Below, piece after piece: positions 24,961 to 36,714 of a DNA stretch of 57,167 nt (the stretch's first letter is position 1; every line of letters starts with the position of its first letter). The notes under the pieces are model-generated. The model saw only the letters and a program-made list of their open reading frames with translations. It did no database searches and was not told the DNA's origin. Made by a program: the position numbers and the translations under genes. The DNA lies in NCBI RefSeq assembly GCF_001194135.2, contig NC_068981.1, positions 134,185,609 through 134,242,775 of the forward strand. The letters run 5' to 3'. Origin of the DNA: Octopus bimaculoides. Taxonomy: Eukaryota.

Positions 24961-25252
24961 NNNNNNNNNNNNNNNNNNNNNNNNNNNNNNNNNNNNNNNN
25001 NNNNNNNNNNNNNNNNNNNNNNNNNNNNNNNNNNNNNNNNNNNNNNNNNNNNNNNNNNNNNNNNNNNNNNNNNNNNNNNNNNNNNNNNNNNNNNNNNNNN
25101 NNNNNNNNNNNNNNNNNNNNNNNNNNNNNNNNNNNNNNNNNNNATAGATAGATAAAAAAGTGTAGGTGGCATATATATATATATATATATATAGTCTGTC
25201 AAAAACATAAATCCGAATGAAGCACACTCTAAAATATAGAGTAGTATACATG

Positions 25253-25398
25253 AAAAATGGGGAAGGCCGGTTTATGGGATTCCCGTTCATAAAGGGCGTA
25301 TCGTCAGATCCCAAAACCTGTTGGACCAAGACCTCCTAAAAATAAGGAAATGGACGGGAAACCTAAGGTAATCCCATAAACCGGCCTTCCTCATTTTT
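25253..25398. repeat. Palindromic element built from two hammerhead half-copies
   Basis: 28-bp inverted arms at 25253-25280 and 25371-25398 (1 mismatch). GGGAT-CTGACGA is on the minus strand (TCGTCAG at 25301-25307). GAAACCTAAGGTA-ATCCC is on the plus strand at 25358-25375. Confidence 0.6.
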
Positions 25399-26544
25399 AA
25401 CATATATCTATACATATATTATATATAGAAAATTGTTTTTATGAAATTCCTTTGAAAGAGAACGACAGATTTTTCAAAAATTTATCTTGTAGAAAAGGCG
25501 TTTGATGTCTATAAACTAAGCTATTAAATTACGTGATTTCCCAGTTCCAAGCTCCAGCAATTTATCGTTGTTTTTTTCCCTCTTACCTATTTACCTGCTA
25601 AGCAAATAAACAGGTTCCCTGACTCATGACGCTGGTAAATAAATTTAGTTCTTAGACATCTTATTGAATCAGACATTGCGACTCCCTCAATTTAGTTTTA
25701 ATTTAGATCAGAAACCATCGTAAACTTCTTGATAAGAAACACACACCTCTCTTTTTCCTTCCTTGTCACCATTAATGCATATACATACACTCATCGCGCA
25801 CGCGGAAGTACATAATATCAAATTAGGTATCTCAGCTATTTTGGGTTTTTACTTCTGTTTCTGATTGATCGTTTTTGTAACAGCCAAATTGTTTTTTTGG
25901 CTCTTATAACTTTGTATAGTGTATTATTAAAGTGAGAACCTTGACTCCTTGTATTTCTTTGCACGAAAGGGGCCGTTCACGATTTAAAATAAAAACTAAA
26001 ACGTGTCGCGAACTATTTATATCAAAACAAAATTCCTTGAGAATTCCATGTTCTTGACCCAAATCTGTAACATTCAAACAAAATCAGTGCGTGTACTGTG
26101 AAGAGGTGCGTGTTACATTTCGAGCAGGGCCCTGCTTTGAAGAAATAACCAAGGCTGTTATTTAACTTGATTATGCTGAACGAAGATCAAAGCATTCTAG
26201 CCATGACCATCCTGTCATTTTGTGCTGATCTAAGATCAAAGACATTCTAGCCATGGCCATCCGGCCATTTTGATGCATTATCTAGGAATATATTTTTTAT
26301 TTAATGTGTGCTCATTTTTTTAAGACTGGTAATGTATAATTTAAGGAAAATTTGACTGTTATTTCTAGCAGGGTCAGAAAGCTTCATGTAACTCTGAGAC
26401 CTTTTAAGGTACCACGCATGGCTTGAAACTTTAGTTGTACAATTTCCTTAAATGTATGTATGTATGTATGCATGCATGCGTGTATGCCTGCATGCATGTA
26501 TGTATACGTGTGTGTGTGTTTTGTACTCTGAATTTCTTCTGTGT

Positions 26545-26770
26545 CCTTTTAAAGCCTAGCCAGGCTCATGGGCCCGGTTTCCCGGTTTCAATGGCGTATG
26601 TGTTCCCCAGTCCATCGCAGCATTACTCATTTTTGCCAGCTGAGTGGACTGGAGCAACGTGAAATGAAGTGTTTTGCCGAAGAACACAACGCGTTACCCG
26701 GTCCAGGAATCGAAACCACAATCTTTCGATCATGATGCTGACACCCTAACTACTAAGCCACGCGCCTCCA
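26545..26770 (-). mobile_element. Young tRNA-derived SINE (Meta-like core), CpG-rich
   Basis: Minus strand GTGGAGGCGCGTGGCTTAGTAGTTAGG..GGTTTCGATTCCTGGACCGG..CACTTCATTTCACGTTGCTCCAGTCCACTCAGCTG. Older homologues at 38280-38423 (-), 20820-20960 (-) and 11950-12240 (+). Confidence 0.8.
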
Positions 26771-27532
26771 CTTGTACTATGAATAATTATATTTAAAACA
26801 AAACCTGGTGGTCTTTTGCTACTAATAAAGTTAGCAAAATTAAACTAACTGCACTGGCTGAAAGTGAAAGGCAAACATCATTTCAGGATCCAGTGTTTAA
26901 AAACGAATTTGTTTGGATATTGCGTGAGTGAATTAGGTGAAAGCCAAAGTAAGTGAAGATAAGAATAGAAAAAAAAAAAAAATCCCGACATAACTACATA
27001 TATGTACCCCGCCCTACGACTTTGTTTTCTCGTGACCTCCTGGAAAAACTTTGGGTATTTTTCAAAAAATATTTTCAACAAATACGTTTTAGGCGATGTA
27101 GATTACGATTATATCAGAATTTGATGTGAAAAAAAAAATGTGTGTAGGGAGACGGATAATTCACACTCTTCATCAAAATGTATGAGGAAACAAAGTCGGG
27201 GTGTATTAATTATTCGATCGCCATCTCCATTTTTTTAACGTTAAATTCGAAACTGTCGTAATCTAAACCATCTAAAAACGTATCTGTAGAAATTTCTATT
27301 AAAAAATATCCAGTTTTCAGAAAGTTTTGAAGAAATAAATCGGGATGTGTGAATTACCCGAAACTCCTTTCTACTCTTCGAAAATTCTTTTCCCAACAAA
27401 TTCCGATATAATCACATTCTACACAGTCTAAAAATATATCTCTGGAAGATTTCATTAAAAAAAAAAAAGGAGAAAACAGTTGCTGGAGTACACACCTACA
27501 GTTATGACAAAAATGCTATGCACTCCCAGACT

Positions 27533-27748
27533 TACACGGTAGTGTGCTGAAAAGTTCCTGGCTTTGGGTAAAAGAAAATACAGGAGGATTATGGTTTTAT
27601 TCAACATATTCCCCTCTCAGATCCACACACTTATTGCAGCGGTCCTTCAGTTTTTCCAAGCCCTGTAAAAGAACTCAGAATGTTAGGCCTCCAACAAGGC
27701 CTTTCGCGACACCTATAAACCAGGAACTTTTCAGCACTCCTCCACATA
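27533..27748 (-). mobile_element. Mariner-derived MITE, same family as 16746-16964, opposite orientation
   Basis: TIRs GTGCTGAAAAGTTCCTGG and CCAGGAACTTTTCAGCAC with flanking TA. The interior is the reverse complement of the 16.7-kb copy. Confidence 0.8.
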
Positions 27749-28399
27749 ACTATACAGTCGCGCAGTTAGGCACACATGCATGTTATTCGCCATATTTTAT
27801 GTGCAAAGTTCGAAAGATCATCAAAAACATTGTAAATATTTAAAAAATATTATTACTTATTTATTTCGAAAAATTTAAAGACGTCTCATGTTTGTATTAT
27901 ATTTTTCCACTCTGATTTGTTTCTGTCTTCTTTTGTCTTTTGTTATTTAATACGCAGTATGAAGAATCGCTGATTAAAAATAAGGTTACAATGCAATTTT
28001 AAAGGTTGCTTGAAAATATATCGTTTTGTGGAATCCATTTCGATACGAAATATTTTTGGAAATAATATTCAACTGTAAATTATTTCACTAAACATGAACT
28101 TTAGTGTCGGAGAGAAACAAAACAATCAAACAAACCCATCTTTGCCTTTCCTGAAGGAAAAAAATAGAAAAAATTCCTGGAAAGCAAAAAGAAACTGAAT
28201 TATATTTTAGTGTTTGATTATCACGAAGGTAATATTTTTAGCATTTTAATTATTAGTATTTGCAATAATTTTGTTGAGCTTGTCGGATTTTCCAAAGTTC
28301 TAACGTTCATCTCTACCAACACGAAAGTAAGTCTTGGTGTTCTGGCTATATTAAGCTATTTAATGTTTCTTCTTAGCAATACATGGCAGTGCTTGGCAT

Positions 28400-28853
28400 T
28401 ATAGTTTTCTTTTACTTTTGTTAATGTATTGTTTAGAAGTGTGTACTCATTAATTTTGTTGATGTAAAACCGCTTAGCTTTTATACCATAGTCAATACCA
28501 GCACTATGGACTTTTTCTTTCTTTATAGGAATGATAAAGTTAATTTTACTATGATAGTACCGATACCTTCCTTTGGTCGGGAAGGGCGGGCAGTGTTTAT
28601 TTGTTTGGTAGCCTAAGCGAAAGAGATTGTGTGGTGGACCATATTGAAAGGGCTGAAGATATATACTCTCCTTTTTGACCAAGCCTCCACTTGAAAAAGA
28701 AAGAGAAGCAATTGCTGCCTCCCTGCAGTTTTGTTGAAAGATGAATGAATGTGGCAAGAATGGTCTGATTGAACGGGCCTATTCTCAGAATGCGCCTGTG
28801 AGTCGAAGGAAAGCAATGTGGAGAGGGCACTTGCCCTAGTGGTCAGGGCGATC
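28400..28853 (+). promoter_or_regulatory. Candidate promoter/5' UTR
   Basis: Unique, GC- and CpG-richer segment with GGGCGG at 28584-28589, directly upstream of the candidate exon. Confidence 0.3.
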
Positions 28854-28919
28854 ATGGGTTTTGTGGAATTATTCATCGTTAGATTTTATATTCCGTTTGT
28901 CTACTTTTTACACGCTTCT
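28854..28919 (+). CDS. Candidate first coding exon encoding a hydrophobic, signal-peptide-like N-terminus (MGFVELFIVRFYIPFVYFLHAS)
   Basis: ATCATGG start context, 22 open codons, then a consensus GTAAGT donor at 28920 (phase 0). Lies in unique, CpG-retaining sequence with a GC box upstream. No downstream exon identified. Confidence 0.3.
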
Positions 28920-28964
28920 GTAAGTAACCTCATATTGTATTGTCTAGTACCGTTCCTACCGTTT

Positions 28965-29325
28965 TTTGTGAACCCTTAGCGATGAAGAAAGAAAGCATTA
29001 AGCGGTGTTTCGTCTGTCTTCGCGTTCTGGGTTCAAATTCCGCCGAGGTTGACTTTGCCTTTCATCCTTTCAGGGTCGATAAATTAAGTACCAGTGAAAC
29101 ACTGGGTCGATGTAATCGACTTAGCCCTTTCCCCCACATTTCAGGCCGTGTGCCTATATTAGAAAGGATTATTATTATCGGCAGAATCGTTAGTATGAAT
29201 CTTTTACGTTCTGAATTCAAATACCGCCTGGGTCTACTTTACCTTTCATCCTTTTGTGATCGATAAAATAAAATATCCCCCCCCCCAAATTTCAGGCTTG
29301 TACCTATAGTAGAAAGGATTATGAT
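28965..29325 (+). mobile_element. Two tandem copies of the (ATT)n-tailed SINE
   Basis: Two successive GTTCTG(G/A)(G/A)TTCAAAT..CCTTTCATCCTTT..CCTATA.TAGAAAGGATTAT units. Confidence 0.8.
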
Positions 29326-29754
29326 TTTTATTTACCATCATCATCATTATTATCGACAATACTGAAGTTTATGGGCGAATGGTTTAGAAGTTTGTTTCAC
29401 AACCACGAGGTCTTGCCCGGTTCGATCGTACTGCATAGCATATTGGGCAAATGTTTTCTTTCGCATCGAGCAGTAGCATGGTTGTTGATGGTGGGGGTGG
29501 AAACGGTGCTTTAGGATTACTGTATCAACTTGTATAGGCTTAGAGGGTCGCGGGTAGGATGAGGGACGACAAATTCAAGGGCAGCCTCGGCCGGTACACA
29601 CTCTAGTTATGTCACTGGCGTCGAAACAAATCCATATTTTGTAATTCAAATTAGGCTGACGACGAACTATATTAGAAGCCCGTTTCATGTCTGTAATTCA
29701 AGTACACCTTTATCACATACATACACACACACATACGTACGAACACTCACTCAT

Positions 29755-29792
<38 letters not shown>

Positions 29793-31173
29793 TGTGAATC
29801 ACATTAGGAATACATGTCTGTTGAATGCTCGAACAACTGAATCTTCGTCGTTGAAACCGATGTTGACCTTTCCATCGTCACTTTCACTTTCTTCAATAAG
29901 CAGCTCCTATGATGTCATTTGGTGGGCAGCAACGATATTTTACTTTGCAATAAAAGTGTGTCGTTGTTTGTTTTAACAACATTAGTTGAACTAACTTTTC
30001 CTTTTTTAAATCATTTGTTTCTTTTGATATATTTTTTGTCTTGTAAAGCAAAATGAACAACTATGACAAACAGTAAACGATCTGATACAATCAGCCATCC
30101 CTCCACCCCCTCGAAATTTCTCACTGAGTCATTAAATGCCGGACTAAATGAAGTATTAAACTTGATTCACACACACACACACACACACACACACGAACAA
30201 CAGAAATATAGTCTAACTGCAAGCCTAAATATCTGTCTGTCTATCTATTTGTCATCGTTTTCATCATCATCATCATCATCGTCACCATCTCTTTAACGTC
30301 TTTCTCATGCTTGCATGGGTTACACGAGACATTATTGGAGCAGAGTTTTCCATGGATGGATACCCTTCCTGATACCAACCCTCACCAATTTCCAAGCAGA
30401 GTAATAACCCTCCCCCCACTCAGTCTTATGAACAACAAACAGCCTGGGCTTGTTTATGGGGAGAACTGGAAAGAAATGACATCATTTGAATGTGCCTTTT
30501 ATTTACAAAGATCACGTAACATGTCAAGAAGCCCAGATGTGCCTTTGCGGTGGATTGCAAACAAACGACACTATCAGCATGAACAGTGATAATTTTGTTT
30601 ACAGTCAGCAGACATGTGAAGACGAAGTGAAATATGAACACAAACACATTGACACATAGACATATATGTATCATCATCATCATCATCATCATCTTTATAT
30701 ATAATGACTACATTTTATTGGAAGCGCAAATGTCCCATAAATGAAAAGAAAATTATCTTCACTAGTCATCAGACATAATGACATAATAACAGTAAAAGAC
30801 AAACTGAAGCATTGGGTTTCTTTCTGACAATTTCAAAATATTTTATTACGAAATGTTTTAAACAGGATACCATTTACTAATGTGGTACAAAATGTTATCA
30901 AATGCAATTAGATCCATTCTTTCCAAATATCTTTCTTCATGTAAATGTGTGTTCAAATTAACTTTTTAACAAACATTAATGGTATTGGAAGCATCGTATG
31001 TTTAGCTTGGATGCATGTTGTCTGATCAATAACATTTATGGGATATCTGTGTGACATGAAAGCATTACATTTTTTTTTTTTGTTTTGTTTTGACTTCTAA
31101 AAGTTAAATGTTGATTCATCAGTGACACTAAACAAAACGAAAAGAAACAAACAAACCATGAAATGTAGTTTAA

Positions 31174-31393
31174 CTCTTTAGCATTCAGACTATTCTGTCA
31201 AATATAATGCTTATTTATTCACATTGTTTTGAATTAATCATCTGTTATCTTGTAGCTTTGAGATTTCAATGATGTGAATATTTACTTTTAGAATGACATT
31301 GTAGGGTAGTTGTGAGAGGCCTGATCTGATCAGTTTGAACACAAAATATATAAACTATTTGGGCCTAATATGACTAGTTTGAATGCTAAAGGG
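31174..31393. mobile_element. piggyBac-type MITE (220 bp)
   Basis: TTAA TSD at 31170-31173 and 31394-31397. TIRs CTCTTTAGCATTCAGA and TTTGAATGCTAAAGGG. Confidence 0.85.
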
Positions 31394-31899
31394 TTAAATA
31401 ACTGATCATCATCGTCCTACATGTCTCCTCCTATTCTATTTGGTCCAGGAGACTCTTGGGATAGAAGAGTCACTGAAGAGGTCACAGACATCATCATCAT
31501 CTTTATTTAAAGTTCGTACAAAACCAAACTGCATCTCATCTGGTTTAGTTCTATTCCTAATCAATTGAGCTATAACTCTCTGTAACTTACATGACCTAGT
31601 CCAGTACTTTGACACCTCTGTTGTTGTTTCTATAATTCTACTACACCAGTCATTGAAGATGACACCTTCCTGAATAACCCATTACACTCTTGGAGTGGTT
31701 GGCATTAGAAAGGGTATCCAGCCAATGAAACCATGCCAAATAAGACTGGAGTTTGGTGCAGCCCCTCAGCTTACCAGTCCTGGTCAAGCCATTCAACCTT
31801 TACCAGCATGGACAATGGATGTTAAATGATGATGATGATGATAATTCCATGTGGTTGGAGTAAAGCACCAGTTGAGTAGAAAGTAAGATAGGAAATGAT

Positions 31900-32260
31900 A
31901 TGGCTGATAGTGAGACTGGGTTGGAAAATCTAGAAGGAAGGTGCATTGCCAAGCGGCCAGAAGAGCAGCTGGGCAACAAGTTATGGGTGAGGCAGGGAGG
32001 GGAAGAGATTTGTACATGTCTTGCAACATGAGGATCAGAAGCATGTGAGGTTTTCAGGATCGTGAGAGAGTATGTGATAGAGAAGCGTATTTAAAATGAT
32101 GAAGGCAGGCTCACCATTGATAGGGAAGTGCTACAATGAGAGGTTGTTGAGGAAAACTGGCTACCTCATGATGACACCAGAGGGACGACTAATTTAATTT
32201 GACAGCAACATGGGAGATGAGTAACTGAAGATACATTAAAATCAACAGTACTACTTCCAG
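31900..32260 (+). mobile_element. Decayed RTE ORF2 internal fragment
   Basis: Broken frames give ARRAAGQQV, HEDQK, ERLL, PEG..I*FDS, resembling the EN-RT linker of RTE ORF2. Many stops. Confidence 0.4.
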
Positions 32261-32356
32261 TGAAGCCAAGAGTACTGTCAATGAAAGTTGCCCAAAGTAT
32301 AGTTATTACTACCTGAAAATATTTTATTTGCAAATACACACACGCACGCATATGCG

Positions 32357-32406
<50 letters not shown>

Positions 32407-33001
32407 CACACACACACACACCTGTTTGACATTAAGATAAGTTTTAGAGGAAATGTTACACATGGGATCTTTCTGAATTGACTGATAATTTCACATTAGC
32501 TATTAAATACACTGATATAAGTGGCATCATGACATCTATTGGCATCGGAGTGTTTTAACATCTATGGATTCTATCTGTCTCATTAAATATAACTGCGTTA
32601 TAATATTCGAATCTTACTCACATGTGAACATATATATATATATATGTGTGTGTGTGTGTACGTGCGTGCATGTGAGCACGTATAGATATAAGGTGTTTGC
32701 AATCACATATCAGTAAACTTTCTGTAATCTTTGAAATATATAAATTCATGATGATTGCTTAAAAATAAAATAAAACGTACTCATGCAAATACAAAAATTG
32801 AGAAAAATTTGTGTGTGTATGCACACACACACACATGTATGTATATATATATATATGTGTGTGTGTGTGTATGTGTATATATGTATATACATGTGTATAT
32901 ATACACATGTGCACAAGTTTATGTATGAATATATATACATATGTGTATTTGTATGTATGCATATATATATACACACATACATATATTTATANNNNNNNNN
33001 N

Positions 33002-33043
<42 letters not shown>

Positions 33044-33852
33044 CTATATCTATGTATGTATGTCTGTGATATAAGGCATTTACAATCATATATCAGCAAA
33101 CTTCCAGTAATCTTTTTGAAATTTAATATAATATTGAAATTTCTAAAATGTTACTATTTTATATATTTTTATCTTCATCAATTTTATTACCTATATTTTG
33201 TTTTGAATTTTTACTGAAGAAACAAAAAATCAAACGAAACTAATAAATTATTAGCTCCAGGAGATTGAGACATTAAGCTTCACCAATGTATTTTGGTTAA
33301 TTTTGTGTCTTTTTACATTGTTTTTTTTTTTTTATATATAAGCATTAAAAAAAAGCAATATAAAGTAATGTAATTAATATATATGTTTAGTAAGTTTACA
33401 GACACTTTCTTCAGACACACATGCATATAAAAGTTAATGGAAGCTTTGAAAGAATCGTCGTTGTCATCACCACCATCACCATCAACCTCATTGTCATATT
33501 ATTGAACATCAATTGTGCTTTAGATTATTTTACAATTGATTCAGTGTGAAATTAGGTGGTAGCTGGGGTGGTTGGTGTATCATCATCATCATCATCATCG
33601 TCATCATCTTCATTGTTGTTTCAGTGTCCACTTTGCCATGCTTGCATAGATCAGATGGAATTTGTCGAGGCAGATTTTCTATGGCTGGATGCCCTCCCTA
33701 TCATCAACTTTCATCTGTTTTCAAGCAAGCCAATATTTCCCTTTCGCTGAGCATGTTTTTATGGAAGACTGGAAATGAGTGACACCACTTGTATGACGGT
33801 GACACTCGTTTACAACCCTCGTGATGTCAAGACAAGGAGACACAATCAAACC

Positions 33853-33893
<41 letters not shown>

Positions 33894-34719
33894 TTATATA
33901 CATAAACTAGGCATTTTCAGTTTCTGTCTACCAAATCCATTCTCAAAATTCTGGTTAGCCTAGGGCTAGAGTAAAAGACACTTGCTCAAACTACCATGCA
34001 ATGGGACTGAACCCAAACCATGTGGTTGAGAAACAAACTACTTAACTATACAGCCATCGGAGTTTAATCAGGAGATTTAATGTAGCTTCTTCAGTTCATG
34101 AAATAAGTATATATACATAGAGAGAGAGAGACAAGCAGGTCAGGTAAGTTATCTTTGGTTGTAAAGAGTTGGAGCTCATTTCGTACTGAATAAAATATGC
34201 GGTAGCTTGCTTATCTCTCCTAGGAAACCTGTCTGTTTTTATTATTATTTTTTTTTAATGAGATAAAAATGTATCTTGTTATTTACAATGTTTACAAAAT
34301 CAGTCTTTTATATGAATTTGTTTGCATTATTTCAAGTTATTTCTTATGATATTTATCTTGTTTATTTTGGTTTATTGTTAATATATATATATATATATAT
34401 ATNNNNNNNNNNNNNNNNNNNNNNNNNNNNNNNNNNNNNNNNNNNNNNNNNNNNNNNNNNNNNNNNNNNNNNNNNNNNNNNNNNNNNNNNNNNNNNNNNN
34501 NNNNNNNNNNNNNATATATATTTGTTTTGCTTCATAAACAGTAAATATCACTTGTACATGTAGCTTGTATTTGAGAGACAAGGAATTTATGATGACATCA
34601 ACTTCTATAAATAAATATTTTTAATCCAATACAACAAATACTTTCTAATTTTTATTGTAAATTATTAATTTATATATATTTTTCTAAACATCCACTTCTA
34701 TTATCATAGTCAAAGCTAT

Positions 34720-34964
34720 ATTTTAGAAACCTGGTTTCGTCTTCAGATCCAACTTGTACTTTAACCTGGCATAGTTTTTCATCACTATCCAAGTCAAACC
34801 ACTTTCTTTTTTCTCTGCCATGCAATGCTAAATAATGAGCTACTCTTGTTCTTCATTCTCAATCTTAAACTCTTATTATAAAAGACTACCGTTGTTTTTT
34901 ATCTCTCTGAAGTATTAATGAAGCTTGGATAGTTTTTAATATTTCAAGTTTCTGCCACCCTGTA
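34720..34964 (-). mobile_element. Possible Tc1/mariner terminal relic
   Basis: TA-CAGGGTG TIR-like start on the minus strand at 34964-34956. No matching second TIR found. Confidence 0.25.
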
Positions 34965-35649
34965 TATAAATAGCATGTGCAGACAACTGTCTTTTCTTAG
35001 CTAACAAGACCATGAAGATAATGGGAAGTTATCAAATGCTGCAGAACATAGATTTTGATATCATCCTCATCATCATCTTTTAATGTCGATCTTCCATGCT
35101 TGTATGGGCTAGATGGTCTGTCAGGATCCAATACATAAATCCAAGGACTGCACCATGTTTCAGTGACTGCTTTGGCATGGTTTCTATGATGGGATGCTCT
35201 TCCTCATGCCAACTACTTTAGAAAGATTACTGCATAGAACCTATGCACTAATATCATAGACTATTGTCATAATACCATGATTGTCAAAAATTAGCATATG
35301 CATCAAATATGTATGGGCCCAGTTCTTGGATATAACTCTGATGTTGGTAGTCACGTTTGTTTGTTTTCTGATGTAGAGAATTTAAAGCAGAACATTTTAA
35401 TTAATTAGGTACAACCAAAAAAAACTCAGATTCAGAATGAAAAACAGTTGTGGCACAATAGGAAGGCCTATTTAAAACATCTGCACACAGTTTGCTCCTC
35501 TTGTCATCCTTACTGTTTCCCAACCCAAAGAGTCTGCAGTAAAAGCATTTTCCCTGATCATTCCTCTCCAGAACTCCAACTCTCTGAAGTTCCTACTCTG
35601 CTTTCATTTTACCTCAGCACATGTTGACTTACATTTGTCTTTAATCCTT

Positions 35650-35975
35650 TCTTGTTTCAGTCATTAGACTGTGGCCATACTAGGGTACTGCCTTGAAGAA
35701 TTTTTAGTTGAATGAACCACCCCTAGGGCTTAAATTTCTTGCTAAGTCTGGTACTTATTCTTTTGGTCTCTTTTGCAGACCTGTTAAGTAACAGGGTTGT
35801 AAACACATATTATCAAGTAATGGTGGGGGACAAACACACACACACACACACACTGAGTTTCTTCCAGTTTCCATCTACCATGTCCACTAACAAGGATTTG
35901 GTTAGCCCACTTGCTCAAGGTGCCATGCAATGGGACTGAACCTGGAGCCATGTGGTTAGGAAGCAAGCTTCTTGC
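35650..35975 (-). mobile_element. tRNA-derived SINE, same family, decayed
   Basis: Reverse-complement head (AATGGGACTGAACCTGGAGCCATGTGG) and tail (GTTTCAGTCATTAGACTGTGGCC). Confidence 0.75.
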
Positions 35976-36660
35976 CACATCCCAATCAAGACTTTATGCT
36001 ACTGTAGTGTAAGGGCCTACAAAGAAGGAAAAGAAGGGGACCAACAAATTCAAAAGATATCAATTGACAGAAAGCTTAAAGGACTGCATATAATTGAGCA
36101 AAGGAAAACATGATGATGATAGTGAGTTCCAGAGAGCAGCAGTTCATGGAAAAATGCTATTAGAATAAAAAAAAAACAACTTATGATTAACAAGAAGCTC
36201 AACAGAGGAACGACGTACCTGGGAAAAACCTGCAAATTGATGGGTACTGGTCTTCTTCTGCCACTTAGTAACCAAAAATAGGAATAAAAAAACCTCTCTA
36301 GGAATCAACTAAATCTTTAAATGATGAAAAGGCAGGAGTTAGACAAATTTAGACTATTTATAAAATAGCAAATCATTTATAGAATTTCACAATAGATGTT
36401 TATATTTTTAGAATATTTTTTTAACATTTGATGTGATATTTGACAATCTGCCATATAAGACCAAATGAAATAACACATACAAATGTCCCTGTATTTGCAG
36501 ACTTGTTGAAGAGATACGCACTTGAGAAATGGTTGTAAAAAAAAATTTTCACTAATGTAACACAACTTTTGTGAAGTGTTAACTGACTCTTCTACAATTT
36601 CAGCAATATCATAACACTATGAAAAGGTTTTACTTATAGTAGTCTGTTTTAATTAGCATA

Positions 36661-36714
<54 letters not shown>

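Noticed and set aside
26177-26272. ~48-bp tandem duplication (AAGATCAAAG.CATTCTAGCCATG.CCATCC)
   Set aside because: A simple local duplication within a common repeat, with no further structure.
32746-33217. YIYI/HTHT/VCVC ORFs (also 19.8-20.2 kb and others)
   Set aside because: Translations of (TA)n/(CA)n microsatellites.
34725-34750. Minus-strand GGAT-CTGAAGA-C-GAAACCAGGTT, an ultra-short hammerhead-like string
   Set aside because: No stem II and no stem I pairing.
36219-36229. 11-nt minus-strand micro-exon (TTTGCAG|GTTTTTCCCAG|GTACGT)
   Set aside because: No polypyrimidine tract and no other exons to link it to.
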